Origin: Saprospiraceae bacterium
Lineage (GTDB): Bacteria > Bacteroidota > Bacteroidia > Chitinophagales > Saprospiraceae
Assembly (NCBI GenBank): GCA_020847425.1
Contig: JADLCC010000231.1
Span: 1-49,900, forward strand
DNA: 49,900 bases
Direction: 5' to 3'
Shown here piece by piece: positions 25,271 to 34,227 of this stretch. Each line of letters begins with the position of its first letter. The first letter of the stretch is position 1. The translations under genes were made by a program, and so were the position numbers. The notes under the pieces are model-generated. The model searched no databases, was not told where the DNA came from, and worked only from the letters and a program-made list of their open reading frames with translations.

Positions 25271-25770
25271 TCCTCCTTGTTTTTAAAAAGGATATTGAAA
25301 GTCGTCATACTGCCGTAACAGCGGGTGATGTACTGCTGTAGGTTTACCTTGTCCTCGTCGTCGAGTTTTTTGGATGCGTTGATCTGCTGCTCGAGTACAC
25401 GCAGCCGGTCGCGCATCATCACGATTTTATGAAAAAAGGCATCGATCGGCACTTCCTTGGGTTGCACGCCATCGGCCTGGAGCACCATTTTGCCGTTTTT
25501 CCAGCGGTCGCCGAGCGGCACCACTTCGAGACTAACGGCTGCCCAGGCGCGCAAAATACGCACCAGCGATTCTTCGGCTTCAGTAAAAGAAACCAGTTCA
25601 TCAGCCGGGATATGTTCCACGATTTGCCAGTTGGAGTAGTCTTTTCCAACCATTTTAATGCCGAATTGGGTGTAACAAACCTCGTAGGCCGCTACGTGCA
25701 GGCGGATGACCACCCCGTCGCCAAAAGCGGGGTGTTTCACCCGTGAACCGATACCAAGTAGTTGTTGCAT
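25240..25770 (-). CDS. Hypothetical protein
   Basis: 176-aa ORF with balanced composition. N-terminal GSRVKHPAFGDGVV resembles small SH3/Tudor-like modules found at helicase C-termini. No function assignable. Confidence 0.5.
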   Translation of the reverse strand: MQQLLGIGSRVKHPAFGDGVVIRLHVAAYEVCYTQFGIKMVGKDYSNWQIVEHIPADELVSFTEAEESLVRILRAWAAVSLEVVPLGDRWKNGKMVLQADGVQPKEVPIDAFFHKIVMMRDRLRVLEQQINASKKLDDEDKVNLQQYITRCYGSMTTFNILFKNKEDYFVGESGKE

Positions 25771-25777
25771 GGTAAGA

Positions 25778-26006
25778 AATTTGTGTTTTGGTGTTTTTGT
25801 GTATTAGTGTTTTAGAGGTCGTTGCTAAATAACTGAGTATATCAGGCCTATGTTTTACAATCTGTTTTGGGGCAATGCACTACCAAAACACAAAAATACT
25901 AAGTAAAAGGGCAAAATTGCAAAGAGCAAATGGCAATGTTAATCAATGAGTTACAGAAGAATTAGTTCAAACTAATTTTGCTTGATTACTTAAAACACTA
26001 AAACAC
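25778..26006. repeat. Composite element with family G arms and an embedded family H fragment
   Basis: TTTGTGTTTTGGTGTTTTTGTGTATTAGTGTTTTAG is opposed by ACCAAAACACAAAAATAC and TAAAACACTAAAACAC. Positions 25906-25938 carry GGGCAAAATTGCAAAGAGCAAATGGCAA, sharing GCAAAGAGCAAAT with 9567-9579. Confidence 0.7.
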
Positions 26007-26960
26007 TTATTGCTTCCGGATCAAACGCATCGTCACCCCGATCATAAACAGCGACAGCAGCGCTGCAAACCACGGCACCTGAATATCCTGTTCGAGATCG
26101 ACGACCGAACTGTTGTCGCCGGCAACATATTGACCTACAATTTGAATGCCGTTATTGAAAAAATGCGCGATCACGGGCACCCAGAAATTGCGTGTTTGCC
26201 AGTACAACCAGCCCAACAAAAAACCCAGCAACAAGCGGGGCAAAAAACCTTCAAACTGGAAATGAAAAAAACTGAAAACCGCCGCAGATACCAGCAGCGC
26301 CGACCATGGGTTGGTGATGCGGCGCATCAGCTGCTGCTGCACAACCCCGCGGAAAACGATCTCTTCACCAATAGCCGGAAGCAGGGCAATGAGCGTCAGA
26401 TTGCCCAAAAACTCGCCGAAATGATCCATTCTGAGCAGGGCTTTGATGGCTTCATTGGCTTGTTGTTCCATTTCATGAAAGGAGTCCGGCAGCGGCAGCA
26501 TCTTGTTGATCTGGAATAAATAAAGCACCAGGGGTACCGAAACCAGCAACAGCAGCATAGCCAGGCCCGCCGTGCGCCAGGAAGGCCATTGCCGGGATTG
26601 CAGGTAGTCGGCCCAGCCAGGTACCGGCCGGGTGATGCCCCGGTAAAACAACCAAACCGTTAGAAAACCTGCAGCGGAGAAGGTAGCGAAATGCCGGAGT
26701 CCGAGCAAAAAACGCATTTTCCAGCGCTCCGGCTCCAGGGCATCGGCAGGCAACATGCCCGACATCAGGCTTTCATCCCAGCCGCCGATTTGCACGATCG
26801 CCTGGCAGACTACAGTGGAGATACCTGCAAAAAATAGGCATCCTGCAAACAGCGCCAGCAGCACAGCGCTTACTTTGGGTGATGCCGGTTTCCAGGAAGC
26901 AGCCAGCTCCGGATTGGAAGTGGTCTGGAACTTATCCGGTCGATTTGGGTTTTCATCCAT
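26007..26960 (-). CDS. CPBP-family intramembrane glutamic endopeptidase (CAAX protease/Abi)
   Basis: Motifs PAIGEEIVFRGVVQ (EExxxR), FSFFHF and IAHFFNN within TM helices. Confidence 0.85.
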   Translation of the reverse strand: MDENPNRPDKFQTTSNPELAASWKPASPKVSAVLLALFAGCLFFAGISTVVCQAIVQIGGWDESLMSGMLPADALEPERWKMRFLLGLRHFATFSAAGFLTVWLFYRGITRPVPGWADYLQSRQWPSWRTAGLAMLLLLVSVPLVLYLFQINKMLPLPDSFHEMEQQANEAIKALLRMDHFGEFLGNLTLIALLPAIGEEIVFRGVVQQQLMRRITNPWSALLVSAAVFSFFHFQFEGFLPRLLLGFLLGWLYWQTRNFWVPVIAHFFNNGIQIVGQYVAGDNSSVVDLEQDIQVPWFAALLSLFMIGVTMRLIRKQ

Positions 26961-26967
26961 GCCGTTC

Positions 26968-26975
26968 TACTTTTG
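26968..26975 (+). promoter_or_regulatory. -7 promoter box TACTTTTG
   Basis: Exact TAnnTTTG match, 17 nt upstream of the pdxJ ATG. Identical octamer to the hemC box. Confidence 0.5.
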
Positions 26976-26992
26976 CGGCAAAGGTAACAAAC

Positions 26993-27712
26993 ATGACCCG
27001 ACTCAGCGTAAATATCAATAAAGTAGCCCTGTTGCGCAATTCCAGGGGTGGCAACCTGCCCGATCTGGTACAGGTAGCCAAAGATTGTGAAGCTTTCGGC
27101 GCCGAAGGCATTACCGTGCACCCCCGCCCCGATCAGCGCCATATCCGCTATGATGACGTGCCTGCACTGCACGCCGTTGTCAGCACCGAATTTAATATAG
27201 AAGGCAATCCTACACGGGATTTCCTAGACCTGGTATTGGCCTGGCCGCCACACCAATGTACGCTGGTGCCCGATTCCCCCGACCAGCTCACCTCGGATGC
27301 CGGCTGGAATACCGTCGGAAATGGCGCCGAACTAAAGGAGGTCTGCGCCGAACTCCACAAAAAGGGAATACGGGTCTCTGTTTTTGTGGACCCCATACCC
27401 AAAATGGTGGAAGGCGCCAAACAGGCCGGCGCCGACCGGATAGAATTGTACACCGGCCCCTTTGCACATGATTTCAAAACAGATCCGGCAGCAGCCGTAC
27501 GCGCCTATACCGAAGCGGCCAGAGTGGCCAATGAAATCGGGATCGGAATCAATGCCGGGCACGACTTGAACCTCGAAAATTTGAAGTTTTTCCAGGACCA
27601 CTGCCCCGGGTTACTGGAGGTGAGTATCGGTCATGCGCTCATCTCGGACGCCCTGTATTACGGGCTTTCCAACACCATTCGGATGTATTTGAGACAAATG
27701 CAGACAAAATAA
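26993..27712 (+). CDS. pdxJ: Pyridoxine 5'-phosphate synthase
   Basis: Start trimmed to the ATG at 26993. LSVNINKVALLRNSRG, GITVHPRPDQRHI, CTLVPD, VSVFVDP, IELYTGPFA, INAGHDLNL and SIGHALISDAL parallel E. coli PdxJ. Confidence 0.92.
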   Translation: MTRLSVNINKVALLRNSRGGNLPDLVQVAKDCEAFGAEGITVHPRPDQRHIRYDDVPALHAVVSTEFNIEGNPTRDFLDLVLAWPPHQCTLVPDSPDQLTSDAGWNTVGNGAELKEVCAELHKKGIRVSVFVDPIPKMVEGAKQAGADRIELYTGPFAHDFKTDPAAAVRAYTEAARVANEIGIGINAGHDLNLENLKFFQDHCPGLLEVSIGHALISDALYYGLSNTIRMYLRQMQTK

Positions 27713-27941
27713 TGTAAAATTTGGTATAATAATTTTAAAGGAAAACATGCAATAACATCTTGTAAATCTGCTGTTTATGCATATTTTCCCGAATTTTACT
27801 CCAGGAGACCCAACGAAAAAAATAAAATGTGGTGTTTTGTATGAAAGAAGGTTTTTACCTTTGGTGTTGCAAAACCCACATCTATATATTTTTCTAATCG
27901 CATACCATACCATATCAAATTTTCGGAAGTCGCAGAATCGT

Positions 27942-27974
27942 CATACCTCTTTCAGGAGAGGTATGGGTTTTTTG
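27942..27974 (+). terminator. Intrinsic terminator-like hairpin
   Basis: CATACCTCT / loop TTCAGG / AGAGGTATG, followed by GGTTTTTTG. Lies 230 nt downstream of the pdxJ stop. Confidence 0.6.
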
Positions 27975-28227
27975 CGGCTTTTTTGTTGCATCTGAGTCTC
28001 CTTTTCTCAGCAACAGTGGAGTGATCTTATTTTAATCGCTCTGTTTCCTACCAACTCAACATTTCTTGAAGTCACTTACGGAAGAACAGTTTCCATTGCT
28101 GGAAAGCTGCACCGTGTGTGGCTATTTTTTTTGCCTGCACGACTGGCCTCCAGCATTGCTTCCCTTATTTCAATCCTTTACTGGTCGAACAAAACTCACA
28201 TTTTCGTTCACTTAAACTATCTAAATT

Positions 28228-31200
28228 ATGAAGCAATTGTTAACAACATTATTGCTGATGCTGGCAGTAGTTGGGACTATGATGGCCCAACGCAAGATTA
28301 CAGGCACAGTAACCGGTGATGATGGAGAAAACCTCATTGGCGCGACCGTAGCGGTCAAAGGTGCAGCGAAAGGCACCCTGACAGACATAAACGGTAAGTA
28401 CAGCCTCGAATTACCAAATGGCGCAACGACTCTGGTGTTTTCTTACACAGGTTACAAAACACAGGAAGCTGCCATCGGTGTTTCCAACGCTGTCGACATC
28501 ACTTTGGAGGCCGGTACCAACCTCAGTGAGGTGGTGATCACCGCTACGGGTCTTACCCGAAACAAAAGTGATGTGGTGTATGCCAATCAAACGGTCAGTT
28601 CGGCCGACCTGAACTCCGTTACCAACAAAAGCGTGTTGAATGCCCTGCAGGGGAAAGTAGCCGGTGTCAAAATCGGTTCCGCTTCCGGTGCAGTAGGCGC
28701 TTCCACCCGTGTGGTACTGCGCGGTGAAACTTCGCTCACACAGGGCAACAATGCTCTGATCGTGGTAGACGGTGTGCCCGTGAACAACTCCACTGCTTCT
28801 GCCGGCGGTGGTTCCGAAACAATCAACGGCAGTACCGGTAAAAATGGCGACCGCGACAACTATGTGGATTTTGGCAACCGAGGCAACGACATCAACCCGG
28901 ACGACATCGAGTCGGTTACCGTACTGAAAGGCCCTGCGGCTACTACTTTGTACGGCTCCCGCGGTGGTTCGGGTGTCATCCTCGTTACCACGAAAAAAGG
29001 TAAAAGAGCGGACAAACCAAGTATTTCCGTTTCTTCTTCCTACAGTGTGGAAGAAGCGTATGTGCTTTTCCAGAACCAGGAAAAATACGGCTCGGGTTAC
29101 GCAACCTGCGGCGGTTGTGGTGGCAGTGTATCTATTTTCATGGGCGAAAACTTTGCATGGGGACCTGAATTCAACGGCGAGTTGATTCCCTGGACATCTG
29201 TGCCTGTCGATGCAAACGGTAATTTGATTCCATTGAGCAACGGTAAAATCGAACAACTGGTGCGTCCTTACAGTGCCGTTAAAAACAATGTTCAAAATTT
29301 CTTTGACATTGGTAATACAGCGCGCAACAGCTTCGCTATTTCCGGCGGAACAGACAAGTACAGCTACTATGTGTCTTACACCAATTTCAACAATGAAGGT
29401 GTCGTACACAACACCAAACTGAACAAACACAACCTGTTGTTGAATGTAGGTTCACAGTTTTCTCCAAAACTGCGTTCCGATTTCTCCATGAGTTATTCCA
29501 AACTCAAACAGCGCGGCGCAACGGAAGGCGGCTACCCATTCGGTTATTCTTCCGGCACACCGGCCCTGGCTTTTGCAACCCAGACGCCATCCAATATCCC
29601 ATTCAATGAACTGCGTGACTACAACAGCCCGTACCACGACTTCAAAGGTTTTTACGGTCAGTATTCGATCAATCCATTCTACATCCTCGACAAACAGGAC
29701 GTAAGCAACACGGTTGACAATGTTGTTTCCAGTGTTTCCTTGTCTTACATGCCGATCAAAGACCTGACGTTTACCGGTAAAGTGAGCACCAACTTCATTA
29801 CGAGCAACGTAACGGAAAAAAATCCGAAGTTCAATTATGAAACGGCGCTTTCCTGGTCCGACGGCGTATTGGTCGATGGCGGCCGGGGCGGTACTACTTT
29901 CAGCCTGGGTTCCTACAAAGAGCAAACCAACCGTATTATCAACCTGATTTACGATGCGTATGGCACATATGCCAAACAGCTGAACGACGATTTCAAACTG
30001 ACCACGACCCTTGGTTTCAACTCTATCGATCAAGCCAACCGCGTTGTAGCAGGTACTTCCGTTGGCGGTCTGGTTATTCCTGAGTTTTATGACCTGACCA
30101 ACTCGACCGAGGCGCCAAGATCGACTGCTTTCTCCGCTCAATACCGGATTTTCGGCGCTTATTCCAACACCTCTGTTGGTTATAAAAACTGGATTTTTGG
30201 TGAGTATTCTGCACGTCAGGACTTTTCTTCTACCCTGCCGAAAGGCAAAAGAGGTTTCTTCTATCAAGGTGGCGGTCTTTCTATCGTACCTACCAATCTG
30301 GAGACTGTTGACCTCGGCGTTGTTAATTTCCTGAAATTCCGCGCGGGCCTCGGTTCTGCCGGTAAAGACGCACCACAATACCGTTTGAATTCGTACTACG
30401 GCCTGAACCCGACCATGCTGGATCTTGGCGATGACTTCCAGATCCGTTTCCCATTCAACGGCGTTCCTGCTGCACGCAAACTGAACCTGATCGGCAACCC
30501 GGATCTGAAACCCGAACTTTCGATTACTTCGGAATTCGGTGTCGACCTCGGATTTTTCAACAGCCGGGTTGAAGTAGAATACACGTATTACAACATTGAT
30601 TCTAAAAACCAGATCGTCGATGCCAACATTCCATGGTCTTCCGGTTATGCTTTTGTGCCTTTGAACATCGGCCGTATGGTCAACAAAGGACACGAACTTG
30701 GACTGCGGTTGCATGTCGTGAAAAGCAAAATGATCGACTGGAAACTGTACGGTACCTGGTCGAAAAACGAGAATGTTGTAAAAGAGATCATCAAGAATGA
30801 TGTTCAAACAGACGAACTGAATATCATTACCAACTTCTTGCACTTTGCCGGCCACGGTTCTTTGAACCTGATTGCTGCGGAAGGTTTGCCTTTCGGTACA
30901 TTCAAAGGCAGTACTTATGTGTATGACGATCAGGGCCGCATCGTAGTAGACGCTGTTGGTAATCCGATACAAAGCCCGACTGCACAATACCTGGGCAGCT
31001 ATCAGCCCGATTTCCTGGCCACTTTGGGTACTGAAATTATGGTTAACAAGCGCCTGTCTATTCGCGCGCTGCTGGATGGCAAAAAAGGTGGCGTATTCTA
31101 TTCCGGTACCAAACTGAGCACGGAAAACAACGGTACAGCTCTTACAACGCTTATCGGCGACCGTCAGAATTTTGTAGTGCCAAACAGCGTACAGGCAGAC

Positions 31201-31533
31201 GGCAACGGCGGCTACACCGTAAATACCACTGAAACAAACTCCTATGCTTATTTCAGAGGCCAACCGGCCGGCTCTTACCTGCTGGATGCTTCCTACCTGA
31301 AATTGCGCGAACTCGCTGTTTCTTATAACATTCCTACCGGCAATATGGGGGCCTTCAAAAGTATCACGGTTGGCGTATTCGCTAAAAACCTGAAATACTG
31401 GGTAGCCAAAGAAAACACATTTGCCGATCCTGAAGTAGGTGGCGTAGGTGCTGCTTCCGATGCCGCTGGTATCGAAACCACCACTACACCAACGGCCAAA
31501 AGTTTCGGCGCAGAGCTGAGACTTAATTTCTAA
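28228..31533 (+). CDS. SusC/RagA-family TonB-dependent outer-membrane transporter (copy 1)
   Basis: Signal peptide, carboxypeptidase-regulatory-like N-domain (ITGTVTGDDGENLIGATVAVKG...), plug motifs LQGKVAGV, IVVDGVP and VLKGPAATTLYGSRGGSGVILVTTKKG, C-terminal ...ELRLNF. Confidence 0.92.
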   Translation: MKQLLTTLLLMLAVVGTMMAQRKITGTVTGDDGENLIGATVAVKGAAKGTLTDINGKYSLELPNGATTLVFSYTGYKTQEAAIGVSNAVDITLEAGTNLSEVVITATGLTRNKSDVVYANQTVSSADLNSVTNKSVLNALQGKVAGVKIGSASGAVGASTRVVLRGETSLTQGNNALIVVDGVPVNNSTASAGGGSETINGSTGKNGDRDNYVDFGNRGNDINPDDIESVTVLKGPAATTLYGSRGGSGVILVTTKKGKRADKPSISVSSSYSVEEAYVLFQNQEKYGSGYATCGGCGGSVSIFMGENFAWGPEFNGELIPWTSVPVDANGNLIPLSNGKIEQLVRPYSAVKNNVQNFFDIGNTARNSFAISGGTDKYSYYVSYTNFNNEGVVHNTKLNKHNLLLNVGSQFSPKLRSDFSMSYSKLKQRGATEGGYPFGYSSGTPALAFATQTPSNIPFNELRDYNSPYHDFKGFYGQYSINPFYILDKQDVSNTVDNVVSSVSLSYMPIKDLTFTGKVSTNFITSNVTEKNPKFNYETALSWSDGVLVDGGRGGTTFSLGSYKEQTNRIINLIYDAYGTYAKQLNDDFKLTTTLGFNSIDQANRVVAGTSVGGLVIPEFYDLTNSTEAPRSTAFSAQYRIFGAYSNTSVGYKNWIFGEYSARQDFSSTLPKGKRGFFYQGGGLSIVPTNLETVDLGVVNFLKFRAGLGSAGKDAPQYRLNSYYGLNPTMLDLGDDFQIRFPFNGVPAARKLNLIGNPDLKPELSITSEFGVDLGFFNSRVEVEYTYYNIDSKNQIVDANIPWSSGYAFVPLNIGRMVNKGHELGLRLHVVKSKMIDWKLYGTWSKNENVVKEIIKNDVQTDELNIITNFLHFAGHGSLNLIAAEGLPFGTFKGSTYVYDDQGRIVVDAVGNPIQSPTAQYLGSYQPDFLATLGTEIMVNKRLSIRALLDGKKGGVFYSGTKLSTENNGTALTTLIGDRQNFVVPNSVQADGNGGYTVNTTETNSYAYFRGQPAGSYLLDASYLKLRELAVSYNIPTGNMGAFKSITVGVFAKNLKYWVAKENTFADPEVGGVGAASDAAGIETTTTPTAKSFGAELRLNF

Positions 31534-31553
31534 TCAAAAAAAAGACAACAGCA

Positions 31554-33023
31554 ATGAATACGTATAAATTCAAATTCATACTTGTGCTGGTTTTGGGCCT
31601 GGTACTTCCCTTTACTTCCTGTAAGGACTACCTGGATGTCAACGTCAACCCTAACCAGTCCGCAACTTCCCGTATCGACCTGCAGCTCACCGGCGCTATC
31701 ATCGGTACATCCATTGGAATCGGACAACGCATTTTTCCGGAACTCGGCGTTTGGTGCCAGTACCAGACAGGTGGCCCGGGTGTTGCTTTGAGCGACTGGG
31801 ATCAGCACAAATTGAGCGCCTCGGAATGTGATGAATTGTTCAGAGAATTGTACAGAAGCAGTTCAAACCTGAATTATATCATCAATAAATCTACTGAGCT
31901 CAATTACATAGCCATCGCAAAAATTCTCCGGGCCAATAATTTCCACATTTGTGCGGATGTATTCGGCGATGTTCCTTACACAGAGGCATTAAGCGGCGAT
32001 ATTGAAGATGGCTCTATACTGCACCCCAGGTTTGAAAGCGCCAAGGATGTCGTATATCCAGCAATCGAAAGTGAACTGCTGGAAGCCATCGACCTGATCT
32101 CCAGGGGTGCTGCGTTTGTTCACCCTGGCGCGGATGACCTGATTTACCATGGCGATATGGAACTCTGGGATAAGTATGCCCACTCTTTGTTGCTGAAAGT
32201 TTACCTGCGCCAGGGCGCAGCCGGGCAGGCAAAATTGGCAGCGCTGTACACCAGTGACGACCAGTTTATCCTTACGAACGATGAAGCCGCAAAGGTTCCT
32301 TTTCCAGGTGGCTCTGCAGGCAGCAACCCTTTCTGGAATACTGCAAAAAGTTCTGCATTGGGCAATTATTATATTGCTACCACTACAATAATGGACCACC
32401 TGAGCGCTACGCAGGATCCACGCCTCGATGCTTTTTTTGACCCGACTCCTGCCGGCGTACATGCCGCATTGCATCCTGGAGATATCCAGAGTCAACCGCT
32501 TACAGCACAGTTTTCCTCACCAGCCGGCGCAAAATCTCCAACAGGAGGACTACTTTTCGCCCCGACTGCTCCGGTATTCTTCATGTCTGCATGGGAAAGC
32601 AATTTGCTGCTGGCAGAAGCCGCTGCAAGGGGGTGGATCACTGCTGATGCCGACGCACTGTATGCCGATGCCGTACATGAAAATTTTGAATACGCCGGAC
32701 TGGATGCAACTGCTGCTGATGATTACCTGGCTGCCGGTGGCGCGATCGACGCAAGCAATAAGATCAAATCTATTGCCATCCAGAAATGGATTTGTATGAA
32801 CGGCACGCAACCTATCGAGTCCTGGATCGAAACCCGAAGATTGGACAGCCCGGCAACGCCGATTTTCGCTTCGCCTGGCGGTTTGTTCAAATCACCAACC
32901 AGCAACGCTTTGGGAGCCGGCATTTACCCAAGCATTTTGCCCTATTCGGAAAATGAACAGAGCCTGAACCAGAATTTCCCGGGGCAGAATGCACTCACGG
33001 ATAAAGTGTTCTGGGACAACTAA
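31554..33023 (+). CDS. SusD/RagB-family nutrient-binding lipoprotein (copy 1)
   Basis: Begins 20 nt after SusC. Lipobox LPFTSCKDYLDVNVNPNQ and C-terminal WIETRR...FPGQN....VFWDN are typical of SusD-like proteins. Confidence 0.88.
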   Translation: MNTYKFKFILVLVLGLVLPFTSCKDYLDVNVNPNQSATSRIDLQLTGAIIGTSIGIGQRIFPELGVWCQYQTGGPGVALSDWDQHKLSASECDELFRELYRSSSNLNYIINKSTELNYIAIAKILRANNFHICADVFGDVPYTEALSGDIEDGSILHPRFESAKDVVYPAIESELLEAIDLISRGAAFVHPGADDLIYHGDMELWDKYAHSLLLKVYLRQGAAGQAKLAALYTSDDQFILTNDEAAKVPFPGGSAGSNPFWNTAKSSALGNYYIATTTIMDHLSATQDPRLDAFFDPTPAGVHAALHPGDIQSQPLTAQFSSPAGAKSPTGGLLFAPTAPVFFMSAWESNLLLAEAAARGWITADADALYADAVHENFEYAGLDATAADDYLAAGGAIDASNKIKSIAIQKWICMNGTQPIESWIETRRLDSPATPIFASPGGLFKSPTSNALGAGIYPSILPYSENEQSLNQNFPGQNALTDKVFWDN

Positions 33024-33044
33024 AAAATTAAGATCGTTCACAAA

Positions 33045-33207
33045 GTTGACGAAGGTTGATGAGGGTTGATGAAGGTTGATGAAGGTTTATAAAGGTTGAT
33101 AATACACATCTCGGAAGAGACAAATCGCTTCATTTTAGAGCGGATGTATGATCAACACTTATCAACTTTTATAAACCCTTATCAACCTTTATCACCCCAT
33201 ATCAACC
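33045..33207. repeat. Word-arm hairpin, family B (10-nt GGTTGATAAG-type units), copy 1
   Basis: Six 10-nt units (GTTGACGAAG GTTGATGAGG GTTGATGAAG GTTGATGAAG GTTTATAAAG GTTGATAAT) are opposed by ATCAACACTT ATCAACTTTT ATAAACCCTT ATCAACCTTT ATCACCCCAT ATCAACC. Confidence 0.85.
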
Positions 33208-33257
33208 TTGCAAGGCAGCCACGTGCTCATGAACATCATTCACAAACTCAATCAATT

Positions 33258-34082
33258 ATGAAAAATAAAATTCTATTGCTTTCTTCACTCTTGGCAGCTT
33301 GTTTTTTACTAATCATGGCCTGTCACAAAATTGAAGACAATGACTCCGTTGTTCGGGCAAGTTCCATCCCATTTATCGCTATCCAAAATGTAAATAGTGC
33401 ATATGTGTATGGGCAAGGACAAACCAGTATTTATTCCGATATCCCCGACGTGCTGGCTATTGCTGTTGACTCTGTTGTAGGTTTTGAAGGCGGTTACGGT
33501 GGCAAAACCGGTTCTGACTCGATCAAAATTTTGAAAAGTGAAATTGTAATCTGGCCAGACACCGTAAGCCTTGGCGGCAAAGCAATAACGGTTGAGAAAT
33601 TTAATAAATCCAATTTCAAAACCTTTGTCACCACCAATATCGTTATCGCAGGCCCTATCGCCAACCCCGGCCCAACGGCTATGGAAGGTGGTTACCTCAG
33701 GGCGGCTACCGGCGTCACCATCCTATTAAAAAAGGTGTTTGACGGCGTTTACGTTATCGATAACGCGGGTGGTGCAAATGTGGCTCCATTTCCTTACCTG
33801 TTGTACAATTACAAAAGTTCCAGCGGTACCGACAGCCTTGCATTCCCCATTCAACCCAATGAATGCGGAGGCGGCCTTCAACTGGTTGGTCCAACTGCTC
33901 CGTTCTCTTTGCGCGCATCGGATTATGCAACACAATACCCACCAATCATTGCATCTATGGCTCCTGTGACGCTGCAATGGCGTGTGTTCACATTCTCTTC
34001 CGCATCTAACGCCGCCGTTCAGCCAGGCAACGGTGGTTTGTGCACCTGGGGCGTAGGCGTCAGGACATTTGTGAAGCAATAA
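33258..34082 (+). CDS. PUL-associated lipoprotein of unknown function (copy 1)
   Basis: Start trimmed to the ATG at 33258 (MKNKILLLSSLLAACFLLIMAC lipobox); the longer ORF reads through hairpin repeat B1. Paralog of 34228..35049. Confidence 0.7.
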   Translation: MKNKILLLSSLLAACFLLIMACHKIEDNDSVVRASSIPFIAIQNVNSAYVYGQGQTSIYSDIPDVLAIAVDSVVGFEGGYGGKTGSDSIKILKSEIVIWPDTVSLGGKAITVEKFNKSNFKTFVTTNIVIAGPIANPGPTAMEGGYLRAATGVTILLKKVFDGVYVIDNAGGANVAPFPYLLYNYKSSSGTDSLAFPIQPNECGGGLQLVGPTAPFSLRASDYATQYPPIIASMAPVTLQWRVFTFSSASNAAVQPGNGGLCTWGVGVRTFVKQ

Positions 34083-34110
34083 CACAAATCATTCTATCTG
34101 TTTTTTTACA

Positions 34111-34151
34111 ACAAGAGTCATCCCGTTTGTTCGGGATGACTCTTGTTTTTT
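34111..34151 (+). terminator. Intrinsic terminator of PUL copy 1
   Basis: Perfect 15-bp stem ACAAGAGTCATCCCG/CGGGATGACTCTTGT, 6-nt loop, then a T6 run. Confidence 0.75.
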
Positions 34152-34161
34152 GGGGAAAGGC

Positions 34162-34197
34162 AAAAAAAAACGCGGGTGCTGTTTGGCAGCACCCGCG
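34162..34197 (-). terminator. Intrinsic terminator of PUL copy 2
   Basis: On the minus strand, stem CGCGGGTGCTG/CAGCACCCGCG is followed by a T9 run (A9 at 34162-34170 on the plus strand). Confidence 0.75.
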
Positions 34198-34227
34198 TCA
34201 TCATTACAGGTAAAAAAATACCCTGAA

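Noticed and set aside
27777-27995. 72-aa ORF in the pdxJ-SusC gap.
   Set aside because: It reads through an intrinsic terminator hairpin and has no supporting features. The region is more likely non-coding.
28411-31263. Long minus-strand ORFs (339 and 603 aa) inside SusC copy 1. The mirror case is ORF 37220-38740 (506 aa) inside SusC copy 2.
   Set aside because: They lie entirely antisense to strongly supported SusC genes. The translations are low-complexity (rich in V/R/F/G) with no recognisable motifs. These are typical shadow ORFs caused by codon bias.
33096-33257. N-terminal extensions proposed by the ORF track. Cases: 33096, 17378, 12995, 20853, 26879, 4457, 47721, 47662, 2388.
   Set aside because: Internal ATGs expose canonical signal, lipoprotein or Tat peptides, or the conserved enzyme N-terminus. 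Several extensions merely translate hairpin repeats (for example ...INPYQPLSPHINL from family B, PIRPVRVP from family E).
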